A DNA stretch of 64,000 nt from contig CM060732.1 in the NCBI GenBank assembly GCA_030704615.1, forward strand, positions 26,474,001 to 26,538,000, given 5' to 3'. The notes beneath the pieces were generated by a model. It was not told the origin of the DNA and did no database searches. It was given only the letters and a program-made list of their open reading frames with translations. The position numbers and the translations under genes are program-made. This DNA is from Takakia lepidozioides (lineage: Eukaryota; Plantae; Bryophyta). Shown here one piece after another: positions 62,401 through 64,000 of this stretch; within the stretch, counting starts at the first letter, position 1; each line of letters begins with the position of its first letter.

Positions 62401-64000
62401 CTGTTCTCTTCCAGTAAGATCGTCACTTTCCCTTCAGCACTTTAGTTTGAATTTTGAATGCAACGATCCTCTTCTCCACATGTCGACATTTCGTTGGGTG
62501 ATTGTAGTCAAGAAGTCATAAGATACAGACGTGACTATGACTACGCCACTTCCGTTATCACTTTAATTAATGCACATGTCGTGTGAATCTCACAAAATCT
62601 GCCGCCATCTCTAGGCTACGCGCATTGATACCTGAACGGCGATACCACCAACCGAGTTCCAGTGGAAAAAAACAAGTAACACCATCAACAAAGGTGAGCC
62701 GAGACCAGTTGGCTAGGGTATCGGCCTCCCCGAAATCCTAATCATACCCTACAGGCCTACAGGTAGGTTACTCTACGCATTTCCTTTCTATCTGGAACCG
62801 GCTGGTAGGGGCTTCCATACCCGGGTGCATAACCGGGTTGATACCCGTATTTTTGTACATACCAGACCAACACTGGTACAGTCTGAGAGATATTGAGTTT
62901 CAAGTATTTTGTCACTAGAAATTCATAAATAAATAGCAAAAGATCTTTTTTTTCAAAAAGAATATAAGAACCTAATGCACATTAGCAATCTTTGACAGGA
63001 TGGTACGTTTGTTCTGGCATGTCATCTTTCCCACCCTCTCTCTCGGGAAGTGAAGAAAATGTCATTCCAATTGGGGTGACATTGGCTAACCTAGATCTTG
63101 AAAAACTATATTTAATATTATTTTTAAAATAAAAACAATTCTAATTTAAAAAATACAATCATAGTGAATCAATTGACGACACTGTTGATGAAAAACATTT
63201 TGGATAGAGCTGACAAGCTGACATAATTAAGAGCTATAGTCTTAGTTGTCTAAAATATAGACAAGAGATAAAAATCTAACTTTAAGAGGTTTAACATTTC
63301 ATTTGCTATGACCATTACCATATTTATTTTTATATGTATGTACTATTGTAATATATTAGTAATCTGAAACTTGCTCATTGTAAAACCAAAGGGTTGAACT
63401 TGTGAGGTTTCGATAAATGGGTAAACCATTGATTTATGTTTCATGGTTATATTCTAATTAATATATGGAAGTGTTGTAACATCTACATTGGATGTGTGAA
63501 GAAACAAAAGAAAGGAATAAATAATATTAGAGCACATTCATAAAAGAAAAACTAAATACAATCTGTTTTTCCCCTTCCTGGGCAGCTTAAGAAATGACGA
63601 CGATGACGGTTTTTAAAAATCAGTTTTGTTTTTGTTTTTGTTTGTTTTTGTGGGGGGTTGGGGGGGGGGGGGGCAGTCTGGGCAGATTTACAAAAATAAT
63701 GATGATGACTTGGCGACCATGATCTTGCAGTACTATGACACACTATTTCTGCTCTACACTAAAACTAGTCTCCGACATCCAGTCTTCAGTAGAACTAGGG
63801 CTACGCATTGCTCTGCAGTACTAGAGTCTAGATTGGAGGGGGGTTCTTGAGGTGTGGGGAGGTCATTTTTACAAGCTATAGCCGAAGAGGGAGCTTGGGA
63901 AGAGACGGAGGCTCTAGTAGGGAGCGCAGAAGAGGCAGGATGTGGGAGGGCAAGAGGAGAGGGAGGGATCGATTAGTTGGTGGCAATTAGTTGGGCAGGC

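Larger units (their letters stand above)
56417..62550. mobile_element. CACTA/En-Spm element, left terminus intact, right part truncated
   Basis: CACTACAACAG at 56417 followed by many TATGACTA subterminal repeats to ~56940; contains TnpA-like and TnpD-like coding sequence. No matching right TIR was found. Confidence 0.75.

Overview
Eukaryotic, intron-containing DNA. The host is inferred to be a non-seed land plant, from a PLS-type PPR fragment, OSB-type PDF motifs, a MUR4-like gene and an At1g55880-like gene. Two host genes appear intact: eRF3 (minus, 26598-34294) and a cysteine-synthase-like PLP enzyme (plus, 39172-43111). Two are broken: a 5' fragment of a UDP-arabinose 4-epimerase and a PDF-motif/PPR pseudogene. 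The rest is a dense nest of transposons. The standout is a decayed Ty3/gypsy LTR retrotransposon (minus, 1580-8879) whose pol reads protease - DNMT3-like C5 cytosine methyltransferase - RT - RNase H - integrase - PHD finger. A second copy (19770-22950) supplies gag. Also present: two Dualen/RandI-like non-LTR elements (APE, RT, RNase H and a restriction-like nuclease, with a 2A-like peptide and a covarying 3' RNA structure), a CACTA element whose TnpA-like gene has an embedded FCP1/NIF phosphatase-like domain, a TTAA-flanked piggyBac-like MITE, two palindrome-array elements inserted at GCTAGC, a MULE-type transposase and a hAT MITE. All calls come from reading motifs by eye; no database searches were run, and coordinates of decayed elements are approximate.
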